The notes below the pieces were generated by a model. The model saw only the letters and a list, made by a program, of their open reading frames with translations. It had not been told where the DNA came from and searched no databases. Both the position numbers and the translations under genes were made by a program. A stretch of 58,642 bases of DNA from a virus (taxonomy: Duplodnaviria; Caudoviricetes): positions 1 through 58,642 of the IMG/VR virus record IMGVR_UViG_3300034683_000065. One strand, 5' to 3'. This document shows, in pieces, positions 17,378 to 26,280 of the stretch (its first letter is position 1; each line of letters opens with the position of its first letter).

Positions 17378-17791
17378 GTGCACCTTCGACGCGTAACAGC
17401 AAATGACCACCACGTCGTAGAATCTCTGCTGGGTATATGTGGACTGACAACAGCAGTGCACTGGCACGACGAAGACAGGGGGATCATTGCCGAGGCGTTC
17501 AAGACCAGCGGCGTAAGAAACGTAGGCTGTCTGCTGTACATACCTCAAGTAAAGGCTGTGCAGCTGACGTGCCTGTGTGTCATTCCGTCGTACCAGAACC
17601 TCGGCGTTGCAAAAGAACTCTTCAATGTCTTCGTCAGCACGCTGCCTACTGACATCGTTCACGTACGGGCACTCGCCCGACAGGGCAGAGGAGACGAACG
17701 GTTGCTCGAAAAGCTGGGCTTCAAGATGCGCGAATTCACACTGCGCTCAGGGTCTGGTGTGGAATTGCGTCCTTATGTACTCAACCTGTAA
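17378..17791 (+). CDS. GNAT-family acetyltransferase
   Basis: Motif A VIPSYQNLGVAKEL and a C-terminal LLEKLGF motif. Confidence 0.75.
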   Translation: MHLRRVTANDHHVVESLLGICGLTTAVHWHDEDRGIIAEAFKTSGVRNVGCLLYIPQVKAVQLTCLCVIPSYQNLGVAKELFNVFVSTLPTDIVHVRALARQGRGDERLLEKLGFKMREFTLRSGSGVELRPYVLNL

Positions 17792-17814
17792 CTCACAAGA
17801 TGAAAGGAGCTCAC

Positions 17815-18309
17815 ATGTCCGGTGATCAGAATCAGCAGAACCAGCAGAACCAGAACAAGCAGAAGGGCGGTGGTGGCGGTACCCAAGTGGGTATCACTCT
17901 CAACCGCAACATGCAGGCTGGCAACAACCTGCGTGACACCGTGCACACCGTGGTCTCGGAAGCCGTCGGGTACATCGCCGCTGCCGTTGTCACCACCGTG
18001 GTGTACGAAGCCATGAAGCAGTGCTTCGGTGGTTTCTTTTCGGGCGGCAACAGCAACAAGCCTGCGCTTCCCAGCCCCGGGCAGGCTGCCTACGCTCTGT
18101 CCAACGGCGATCCCAACCAGATCAAGTCGCTCATCGCCCGCAACCCCAAGCTGCTGGACGCCGCACGTGAAGCGGTCGCACAGCAGGAACAGCAGGCCAG
18201 CGGCAATCCGGCCCCCGTTCAGGAGGCGGTGACCCAGCCCGACCAGCCCAAGCCCGACAAGGAGCAGTCCTCCAAGGGCAACTCCGGCAAGGGCGACAAG
18301 AACAAGTAG
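17815..18309 (+). CDS. Gln/Gly-rich membrane-associated protein
   Basis: RBS AAGGAG; central hydrophobic helix; strong codon bias. Confidence 0.75.
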   Translation: MSGDQNQQNQQNQNKQKGGGGGTQVGITLNRNMQAGNNLRDTVHTVVSEAVGYIAAAVVTTVVYEAMKQCFGGFFSGGNSNKPALPSPGQAAYALSNGDPNQIKSLIARNPKLLDAAREAVAQQEQQASGNPAPVQEAVTQPDQPKPDKEQSSKGNSGKGDKNK

Positions 18310-18326
18310 CACACGCTGCCAACAAC

Positions 18327-18356
18327 AAGGGCGGGGTCGAAAGGCTCCGCCCTTTT
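18327..18356 (+). terminator. Intrinsic terminator
   Basis: AAGGGCGGGGTC-GAAA-GGCTCCGCCCTTTT. Confidence 0.75.
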
Positions 18357-18368
18357 CTGCTAAAAGGA

Positions 18369-18614
18369 ATGCGAATGCCTGTCCTCTCGACGCAGCAGCT
18401 TGACGCTCTTGCAAAGATAGTGCGTGAAGAAAAGCTTCGTGGTGAGCACCCGAGGTATCAAGGCCACGTGCTTGACTTGCTTGAGACCATCAAGTTTGTG
18501 AAGAAAGAAAAGAAGAAGTGGCAGCGCCTTGCCCAAGCTCGCGGCGAAGCGTTGCTGACGATCAAGTACAACACGAACAAGTCTACGCTACAACTTGACA
18601 AGAAAGGCAAGTAG
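18369..18614 (+). CDS. Hypothetical protein
   Basis: Basic helical ORF with AAGGA RBS. Confidence 0.6.
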   Translation: MRMPVLSTQQLDALAKIVREEKLRGEHPRYQGHVLDLLETIKFVKKEKKKWQRLAQARGEALLTIKYNTNKSTLQLDKKGK

Positions 18615-18756
18615 CTAGGCAGGGGAGTTTCGGCTCCCCACACAAGCTTGGCGCCACGTGTGCTAGGCTTCTGTGGGTACCCGACACGTCGCTGTACCTG
18701 TGTAGTACAGAAGTAATGCCTCACGACACCCTCGACAACGCACAGAACAGGGTGTT

Positions 18757-18814
18757 TAAGGCACGAAAATGTAAAACACGACCTGAGGTATAGGCCAAGA
18801 GTAATCGAGGCTTA
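18757..18814. repeat. Dyad element copy 2 (TAAGGCACG-N40-CGAGGCTTA)
   Basis: Same arms, spacing and core as copy 1. Confidence 0.75.
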
Positions 18815-18851
18815 GAATCGAAAATCTCTAACGCCCTAAAAGGAGCACACT

Positions 18852-19313
18852 ATGTTCAAGAATACCTCTTCTCTCTCCCAGATTGTCAAGCGTGGCGACA
18901 TCTTCCAGCTCAACAACTCCAAGCGTGGTACCCACGACGGTGAGTTCTACCAGCTCGTTCGAGTCGCTGCTGATGCTCCCGGTGCGGTTGACACCCTGTC
19001 GGGCAAGCCTGTTGGTGGACGGGTTGACTTGTACAATCTGGTGAACGTCAGCACTGGCAAGACCCGGGTCTCCGATCCGGCACGCCTCTTCAAGGTTTCT
19101 TCCGGCGGCAACGTCTACCTGCACACTCTGAACCGCCACTTCCAGCTCGATCTGAAGCGCGTCACTGACGTGCCCACCATCGCCGCTGACGTGGAACGTT
19201 CGATCCGTGCTCGTATGCCCAAGCCTGTCGCGAAGCCCAGTGCTGAAGCTCTTCTTTGCGCGGTAGCCGACGCTCTCGGCTACACCGTCTGCCGTTCGGC
19301 TTACGGTTTCTAA
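18852..19313 (+). CDS. Hypothetical protein
   Basis: RBS AAGGAG; codon bias. Confidence 0.8.
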   Translation: MFKNTSSLSQIVKRGDIFQLNNSKRGTHDGEFYQLVRVAADAPGAVDTLSGKPVGGRVDLYNLVNVSTGKTRVSDPARLFKVSSGGNVYLHTLNRHFQLDLKRVTDVPTIAADVERSIRARMPKPVAKPSAEALLCAVADALGYTVCRSAYGF

Positions 19314-19477
19314 TTCCAAAAAAGGTCAAAGGTTCAAGGGGTGTTACGCTCTTCTGAGGGTACACCCCTTGTCTTTTTAGGACGGCTAGTCGGTCCGCGA
19401 GAACAAAGCTACCGACGTAGTACCTTATACTTCTGGTGCAGGCTACCAAACCCACCAAGAAAAGGAAGGTTAGTGAC

Positions 19478-21280
19478 ATGACGAGAACGTACGAAGAACA
19501 GCAGGCACTTGTGCCCACATTGTTTAGCGACAGTTCGCAATTGCGTTTGAGAGACCGGACCGACGGTATCGACGCAATTATCAACCTGCACGAAGCCAAC
19601 AAGGCTCCGCTCATGCAGATGCTCGGCTTCACAGAGCGGCCGTGGAAGTTCACAGCACAGGGCGGACCACAGTTCGCCGTGGTGCACTTCCCCATATCCA
19701 CCCAAGCCATCAAGGCTGCGCTGCCTGACGACTTTAAGGAGACCATAGGGGATAACCTTGCACAAGTGCTTGCTGACAACAACCTCAAAGTTGGTAAGCA
19801 CGAATACAAGGTCAGCCGATACTTGATTCAACGGCTTGAGCACATCAGGCACTCGGACATCAGAGCTTACAAAAGCATCGTAAGCATGATGCACCGGGCT
19901 CTCACGTCCGAGTTGAAATACAAAGGCTATCTCACTGCCTCTGCTGAAAAGGGTGTGATAGATCTCTTTGTGCAGTCGTTCTTCTCAGAGTACAAGGCAT
20001 CAGCCACAGGGCAGCGCCTTGAGATTTCGTTTGAGTTGGACGACATTCTCGACGCAGGGTTGTCGAACCACGGGTGGGGCAGCTGCTTCAAGTGGGGAGG
20101 AATCAACGAGCGAGGATCGTTGTACGTTGCCACAGCCGCAAAGGGTGGGGTTATCCGCAACTACGGAGCAAAGGGCCAGCTTATCGGGCGTGCGTGGATA
20201 TACATAGCAGACGACGAGAAGTCCATTCACATCTTGAAGCCGTACGGATTCTTGCCCAACAACTTGCTGCTCACTGCTGGTAAGTTTCTGGCCAACAAGT
20301 TGTCTCCGAACAACCTCTGGGTGCCTGGCCTGGACATAAGCGCAGATGTCAACAGCAGCACCTTTTCGTACCTTCCGTCAGATGTGTGCGCGCTTCTTCC
20401 GAATGGCTCCGCTGCCGCACAGATGCGGTGCAAGGGTGTGGATCTCGCCGGTTGGTACACCGACCCGTGTTCTCTCCGTCTGTACCGGGACGACTTCTTC
20501 GTCGGCTGCTCTCTTCTTGTTACGCTGACAAGACCACCGTGTGCTTTCTGTGGCAACGATCACTCCGGTAGTGCAACCATCTGCCGCAGCTGCAGATCAA
20601 GCAGGTTTGTCTCCTGTTCTGCGTGTGGCAACAGAGTACACAAAGAAATGGCACAGCTGTTCGGGAATACCCTGTACCTGTGCAAGGATTGCTCCGACGC
20701 AGGAGTAACACTGTGTGTAGACTGCGGCAGAAGGATAGGGCCTGGCAGCAAACGGGGCGACAGAGGCCGCTGTTTCGAGTGCAGCTCTGCCCGCACGTGT
20801 TCCTTGTGTGGCTCAACGTCGAACGTCTCCCGTGTTAGCGGATATCCTGTGTGTGCTGAATGTCTTGCCGCATGTGATGCGTCCACGTGCTACGTGTGCG
20901 GCGCTGACTTTAACTCCAACACACAAGGCGCCACCGTCGGGCAACGACGCATCTGCAAAGAGTGCGCAACGGTTGTGTGTGACAAGCGCTTTGTCGATCG
21001 GGTTATCCCACTTGTCAAGCGAGCGGCAGACGTAGACGGAAAACTCATGCGTGCAGTTGAGCTGTCACTCAAGCTGCAACACAAGGAGCTTGACGTTAAG
21101 TTCGTGAAGAAGGTTGACAGCGACACGTACTCGCGTGTGGTACTTCCGACGGTCGGCAGCAAAGTCAAGAAGTCCACACACTGGTCGCCCAAAAGCATGC
21201 CAGGATTCACCAGCCTGAAGCCGTCGCCGCAACTCACCAGGTTCTGCTACCACACCAACCTTTTCCGCGGGAGGCGCTAA
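19478..21280 (+). CDS. Multi-zinc-finger protein with N-terminal WGSCF..GRAW..KPYG domain
   Basis: About ten CxxC pairs in the C-terminal half; abuts the peptidase gene. Confidence 0.75.
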   Translation: MTRTYEEQQALVPTLFSDSSQLRLRDRTDGIDAIINLHEANKAPLMQMLGFTERPWKFTAQGGPQFAVVHFPISTQAIKAALPDDFKETIGDNLAQVLADNNLKVGKHEYKVSRYLIQRLEHIRHSDIRAYKSIVSMMHRALTSELKYKGYLTASAEKGVIDLFVQSFFSEYKASATGQRLEISFELDDILDAGLSNHGWGSCFKWGGINERGSLYVATAAKGGVIRNYGAKGQLIGRAWIYIADDEKSIHILKPYGFLPNNLLLTAGKFLANKLSPNNLWVPGLDISADVNSSTFSYLPSDVCALLPNGSAAAQMRCKGVDLAGWYTDPCSLRLYRDDFFVGCSLLVTLTRPPCAFCGNDHSGSATICRSCRSSRFVSCSACGNRVHKEMAQLFGNTLYLCKDCSDAGVTLCVDCGRRIGPGSKRGDRGRCFECSSARTCSLCGSTSNVSRVSGYPVCAECLAACDASTCYVCGADFNSNTQGATVGQRRICKECATVVCDKRFVDRVIPLVKRAADVDGKLMRAVELSLKLQHKELDVKFVKKVDSDTYSRVVLPTVGSKVKKSTHWSPKSMPGFTSLKPSPQLTRFCYHTNLFRGRR

Positions 21281-21281
21281 T

Positions 21282-22736
21282 ATGTCAGCCCTTGAAAAAC
21301 TGCGCCAGTATCTGGTGCTCTCAGAAAGCGCGTGTTTCCACGCCGTGATGGCTGAGCTGCGCGGGCACGGCTACTCTGTCTACACAGACGGAGTGAACTA
21401 CATGCTTGGCGTACCAAAGGCCAAGCGTGTGTGCCCCGTGCTTGTCAACGCACACATCGACACCGTGCGTTCTCCAGCGGTGGACAACAACGTCATCATC
21501 GTTGACGACGGCAAGATCATTCGCAACAAGCTGTCGGCTGTGCTTGGTGGCGATGACAGGTGCGGTGTTGCTATGGCGCTTGCCATGGCCGAACAGCTCA
21601 TCGTCAAGCCGTACATACTTCTCACGACGGGTGAAGAAATCGGTTGTGTGGGGTGCCGTACGTTCTTGAAGACCGAGCTGCTCGGGAAGATCATCAACGA
21701 CATCTACCTGTATGTGGGTCTCGACAGACGAGGCTCCAACGATGCGGTCATGTACAGCACGAAGTCTTTCCCTGAGGAGCTTCGTGAGTTGGTCCGCGCT
21801 CACGGGTATGTCCCTGTCGTAGGCACGTCTTACAGCGACGTGCTGCATCTGACAGAAGAAGAGCCGAGGATCGCACACGTAAACCTGAGCGTCGGGTATC
21901 ACAATCCGCATAGCTCCATGGAATACGTGAACATTCAGCAGTTCAACGCGGCATATGAAGCAGCAGTTGGTTTGGTCACCAACGTGAAACGTCGATACGC
22001 TGCCCCACCCAAGTACGAGCCGACATACGGCAGCTGGCACAGGGATTACCGGCGTCCGAGCAGCCCTTACGGACCACCAGCACCTCGCGGCATTCCTCTT
22101 CCGTGGGAGCACGGTGGTATGGGTACGGCTGTCCTGCCGAGTGACAATGAGCGCCCTGCTCGCTGTGCCCTGTGCCAGAAAGACACGCGTGTCTCGAAGT
22201 ACTACAGCAGCGCTGACGTGCACCTGTGCTACGTGTGCGCCAAGAAGGTCATGCGCTTTGGTGGGGTCAACTTGAATTCGCTGTACAAGGCGAACGAAGA
22301 GTTGATCAAAGAACAGAACATGACGCGCAGAGCCAACAAGGTTCTCGCCATGCGCAAGACGGAACGCGGTATGATTCCCAAGTGCCCTGTGTGCGACACG
22401 AACAAGCACTCCAGGTTTGACAGCCGAGAGCGTGGCTTCGTGTGCGCGCGGTGCATGGAAATCTTCGGCACCGGAACCACAGATTACTCAGGTGTTTACT
22501 GGCTTGAGGGCAGCGTGCGTACGTTCATCCGGGGAGACCAGGTGTACAGATCGCACCTCACGCACAACAAGATCTTGTACGCAGGGCCGCTGAAGGCGGA
22601 CACTTTCGTCAAGGTGTGCGCTCACTGCCAGAAGGCCACGATCACTCCGTTCGATCACGTCGATGGTACTGCCCTGTGTCCTGAGTGCTACGAGTTCAGC
22701 AAGAGCTACTCCATCAGTACCGGGACGCCGTGGTAA
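21282..22736 (+). CDS. M28/M42-like Zn metallopeptidase with C-terminal zinc fingers
   Basis: AHIDTV, LGGDDRCG, TGEEIG, LDRRG, NLSVGYHNPH..E metal-ligand motifs. Confidence 0.85.
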   Translation: MSALEKLRQYLVLSESACFHAVMAELRGHGYSVYTDGVNYMLGVPKAKRVCPVLVNAHIDTVRSPAVDNNVIIVDDGKIIRNKLSAVLGGDDRCGVAMALAMAEQLIVKPYILLTTGEEIGCVGCRTFLKTELLGKIINDIYLYVGLDRRGSNDAVMYSTKSFPEELRELVRAHGYVPVVGTSYSDVLHLTEEEPRIAHVNLSVGYHNPHSSMEYVNIQQFNAAYEAAVGLVTNVKRRYAAPPKYEPTYGSWHRDYRRPSSPYGPPAPRGIPLPWEHGGMGTAVLPSDNERPARCALCQKDTRVSKYYSSADVHLCYVCAKKVMRFGGVNLNSLYKANEELIKEQNMTRRANKVLAMRKTERGMIPKCPVCDTNKHSRFDSRERGFVCARCMEIFGTGTTDYSGVYWLEGSVRTFIRGDQVYRSHLTHNKILYAGPLKADTFVKVCAHCQKATITPFDHVDGTALCPECYEFSKSYSISTGTPW

Positions 22737-22761
22737 ATACACCCACAAGGAGGGTGAAAAG

Positions 22762-23175
22762 ATGAAAGAGTTCATTCAGTTTCTCGTCCGAGGCTTCAAG
22801 CACGCAGCCTCCAAGATCTTTGACTTCGCCATCCGCATGGGCACCCGTGTCTACAAAGAGCTGGCGAACATCAAGGAACGTGTCGAATCCGTAACGCTGC
22901 AAAGCGCTGCATCTTTCGTAGGCAAGTCTGTAGGTAAGGCCGTCGTAGGCGGCGCCACATCGGTGCTCCTTGACAAACTCCCCAACAAGTACGATCGTTT
23001 TGCTACTGCTGTGAAGCAGCACATCTCGGTTCCGTACAAGGACATCATCACCAAGGACAAGAACTCGGGTAAAGCCACAGTCAACGTGGCGGGCGCCCTT
23101 CGTTCGTTCTTTAATGATCTCCTTAGCAAAGCTGTTGGGAAGCGAGAAGCGCCTGTTCTGCAGATACACGTCTAA
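22762..23175 (+). CDS. Hypothetical protein
   Basis: RBS AAGGAGG before ATG 22762. Confidence 0.7.
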   Translation: MKEFIQFLVRGFKHAASKIFDFAIRMGTRVYKELANIKERVESVTLQSAASFVGKSVGKAVVGGATSVLLDKLPNKYDRFATAVKQHISVPYKDIITKDKNSGKATVNVAGALRSFFNDLLSKAVGKREAPVLQIHV

Positions 23176-23268
23176 TCGGCTACGGCCACAGCTATAGTGG
23201 AGGTGCTACTAACGTGAAGCACAAACATTGTGGTGTAGAACTAGTGAGTACAAGGGGGCGCCACTCTC

Positions 23269-24111
23269 TTGAGACGTAACGAAAAAGACACATTAGAATC
23301 TTACATGGATCCAGATAGTCCGCTGGAGTCACCACGTAGATTCGACGTGTGTCCGTTCTGCCACGAGCACGTGCGAGGTAAGGGCTTTGTCGTAACCCGC
23401 ACGACTCACGGATACAAGATGTGGTGCCACCGGTGCCACGCAAAGCGCTTCGTAAAAAGTGGTGTGCCTTCTGCCAGCACGTGCCTACGAGAGGCCAAAC
23501 GCTGGTTGCAACCGCAGCCACAGTGCGCACAAGAATACGTTGCCAAAGAGATTAACCTGCCGGATGATTTCCAAAAAGAAATCCCGGCTGCTGGTCTTGC
23601 GTGGCTAGCTACCTACGGCGTGACTCAAGAAGAGATAGCACGCTTTAACTTCGGGTACAGCCCAGGGCTCAACAGGCTCATCATGCCAGTGTACTTAGAC
23701 GGAACACTCGTGTTCTGGCAAGGTCGTGATCTCAGCGGCGACGGTTCTCGGAACAAGTACCTCAGTGTGAAGCAGTCACGCGGCTCACTGTGGTTTGAAG
23801 TTAACCAAGGTAACCCCACCACTGTTGTCGTCGAGGACATACTATCTGCCCTCGCAGTAGCAAGAGCTGGGTACAACACAGTTGCTATACTCGGTAGCTA
23901 CGTGCACTCCGAGATGGTGGGCAAACTGGCTACAACTGGAACACGGATAGTTGTGTGGCTTGATTCGAACAAACGAAAAGAGTCGTGCTCTTATTCGAAA
24001 AGGTTGAGGTCGCTCGGCATACAATCAGTTCCAGTAGTTCTCCCCGACAAAGATCCAAAAGAGTACAACCCTGACGAAGTCAAAGACATAGTCGGGCAAG
24101 TACACTCTTAG
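23269..24111 (+). CDS. DNA primase (zinc-binding domain plus TOPRIM)
   Basis: CPFC..CHRC, VFWQGR, VVEDILSA, WLDS, KDPK. Confidence 0.85.
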   Translation: MRRNEKDTLESYMDPDSPLESPRRFDVCPFCHEHVRGKGFVVTRTTHGYKMWCHRCHAKRFVKSGVPSASTCLREAKRWLQPQPQCAQEYVAKEINLPDDFQKEIPAAGLAWLATYGVTQEEIARFNFGYSPGLNRLIMPVYLDGTLVFWQGRDLSGDGSRNKYLSVKQSRGSLWFEVNQGNPTTVVVEDILSALAVARAGYNTVAILGSYVHSEMVGKLATTGTRIVVWLDSNKRKESCSYSKRLRSLGIQSVPVVLPDKDPKEYNPDEVKDIVGQVHS

Positions 24112-24148
24112 GCAACGATCACTAACGGCTACACAAAAGGAGTCCAGC

Positions 24149-24535
24149 ATGGGCAACGTAGTAAACATGTTCGAGCTGCCTGATTCCGCCGTGCTCACGA
24201 CGGCGCAGAAGGCTATCGAAGCAGTGAAAAAACAGATCAAAGAAAATCCCGTGCTCACATTCCAAAAGCTCGGAGTTGTACACAACATAACTACCCCGCG
24301 AATGATGGGCGGCAGTTCGCACACCCACAGGTTCTGCGACAACTGCGGCGGCATCTTCCCGGACACGTTGGGTGCAGGTACTGAGTGCCCGCACTGTGGT
24401 GTTGACAACAAAAGAGTACATTCGTGGGCCAGGGTCAGCTCTGTGTACAACGCAGGGCACATGATTCTGTTCGCCGCGAATGTCAGTAAGTGCGACGAGG
24501 CAAAGCCTGCGCCTACTCTTGTGGCTGCTGCATAG
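24149..24535 (+). CDS. Zinc-ribbon hypothetical protein
   Basis: CDNCG..CPHCG; RBS AAGGAG. Confidence 0.7.
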   Translation: MGNVVNMFELPDSAVLTTAQKAIEAVKKQIKENPVLTFQKLGVVHNITTPRMMGGSSHTHRFCDNCGGIFPDTLGAGTECPHCGVDNKRVHSWARVSSVYNAGHMILFAANVSKCDEAKPAPTLVAAA

Positions 24536-24681
24536 CTTGACACACGCCAAGTGCGTGCCTAGCTTGTGGCTGTGGTGATGTGAAACGGGAGACCAGTTTC
24601 TTGGCGAGGGCTCTGGTTGTGCAACTGCGCACAAAACAAAAGCCCTTGCTCTTTATATATTATATATACTTGGAGTACTTC

Positions 24682-26154
24682 GTGTCTGTTGGTAACGTTC
24701 AACTAGAAGAGATATCGCTAATAATATTTTTCTTAACTAGGGAAAACTTTGATAAATACTTTAAGTATATATCTAAGTTGAATTTAGAAAGAGAGACTAA
24801 AAACTTTCTTAATACTTTGAAGGATTACTATTCTGAGTATAAAGAAATAGATAAAGTAAAAGTAGAAGATCTTTTAATTTACTTTAGTGTTAAGCATCCA
24901 GTTCTTAAAAAGAATGCGGTGTACCAAGAGTACCTATCTAGGCTAGGTAGTATAGAAATCAACGAAGGAATTCTTAAAGAGAATCTAAATAATCTCCTAG
25001 AGAAATACTTCGCATCTGAGATTATATACCAGCTTACAGAAGTACTTGACGGTACGTCAGGAAAGCTTGAGCTAGTGAAAGAAAAGATTAAAGAATTCGA
25101 AGACAACAAATTTAATTTATCAGACGAAGCTGACGAAAGTATCTTTGTTTCAAGTAACCTTGAGTCTCTACTTGACGAAGAGGTGCGCAAGGCTGGCCTT
25201 AAGTGGCGCCTTAACTGCTTGAACAGTGACATCGGTGAGCTTCGTGGTGGCACGCTCGGCCACGTATTCGCACGCGTGGACACTGGCAAGACTAGCTTTC
25301 TTGTCAGCGAAGTATCTAACTTTGCTTCGCAGTTGAAGGACGACGAGATAATCGTCTGGTTTAATAACGAAGAAAAGGGTACGCGTGTGCAGCTTCGTAT
25401 ATACCAAGCTGTACTCAACTGCTCTAAGGAACAACTGCAAACGTACGCAGAAGACGCAGAGCGCACGTTCGAAGACAGAGGCGGTAGGCGTATCAAGATA
25501 TACGACAACGCCATAATATCTGTTGACGACATCGTGCAACTGCTCCAGAATTTCAACGTGCGCATGGTTGTCATTGACCAAGGAGACAAGGTCAAGTTTA
25601 GTGGGGACAAGGACATGGCTACGCACGAACGTCTTAAGGCCCTGTACGGAAAGTTTCGAGAGATAGCCAAAGAGTACGGCGTGGACATAATCGCAGTAGG
25701 TCAGGCGTCTGCCGCTGCCGAGAACAAAAAGTTTCTTGCCCTTGACCACATGGACAACAGTAAAACTGGCAAGCCTGGCGAGCTCGACTACGCCATAGGC
25801 ATAGGCAAATCGTACGAGGACAGTAACGAAGGTGCCAGTGAAGTCAGGTACATACACGTTTGCAAGAACAAGATGAAGGACGGAGCACACGGACGACACC
25901 GAGTATTTCTGACAACGGCCACGGCCATCTACTCTGACCGAGGCCAAACCACAGACGGAGGTGTTGAACGTGGCAAAGAGTCTGCTCGTGGAGACGGTCG
26001 CAGCGCTATTGCAGCCCTCTTCGCAAGTCTCACAGGAGCAAAGCCAAAAGCAGCTCAGGAAATTCCTGAAGGCGAAGCTGGCGAAAGCGAAGCGAGACAA
26101 GGTGGAGGAGTTGCAGATAGCAAAGCGCCACTACAAGCGGAGCAAGCAGCTTGA
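24682..26154 (+). CDS. SF4 (DnaB-like) replicative helicase
   Basis: ARVDTGKTS Walker A, NNEE, VVIDQ, VGQAS, KNK; start taken as GTG 24682 after GGAG. Confidence 0.9.
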   Translation: MSVGNVQLEEISLIIFFLTRENFDKYFKYISKLNLERETKNFLNTLKDYYSEYKEIDKVKVEDLLIYFSVKHPVLKKNAVYQEYLSRLGSIEINEGILKENLNNLLEKYFASEIIYQLTEVLDGTSGKLELVKEKIKEFEDNKFNLSDEADESIFVSSNLESLLDEEVRKAGLKWRLNCLNSDIGELRGGTLGHVFARVDTGKTSFLVSEVSNFASQLKDDEIIVWFNNEEKGTRVQLRIYQAVLNCSKEQLQTYAEDAERTFEDRGGRRIKIYDNAIISVDDIVQLLQNFNVRMVVIDQGDKVKFSGDKDMATHERLKALYGKFREIAKEYGVDIIAVGQASAAAENKKFLALDHMDNSKTGKPGELDYAIGIGKSYEDSNEGASEVRYIHVCKNKMKDGAHGRHRVFLTTATAIYSDRGQTTDGGVERGKESARGDGRSAIAALFASLTGAKPKAAQEIPEGEAGESEARQGGGVADSKAPLQAEQAA

Positions 26155-26203
26155 CGAGGAGATCGACCAACTCGAAAAAGCTGTTGTGGCTCTCGACAGT
26201 TGA
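25970..26203 (+). CDS. Small coiled-coil protein overlapping the helicase 3' end
   Basis: RBS GGAGGTG; protein-like helical sequence. Confidence 0.6.
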   Translation: MAKSLLVETVAALLQPSSQVSQEQSQKQLRKFLKAKLAKAKRDKVEELQIAKRHYKRSKQLDEEIDQLEKAVVALDS

Positions 26204-26280
26204 CAGACTGTCACACCCGTCCTACCTAGTGCTGGCGGGGGTTTTGTGCCCCCGCTAAGCCATAACTTTTGAGGTTAGTT

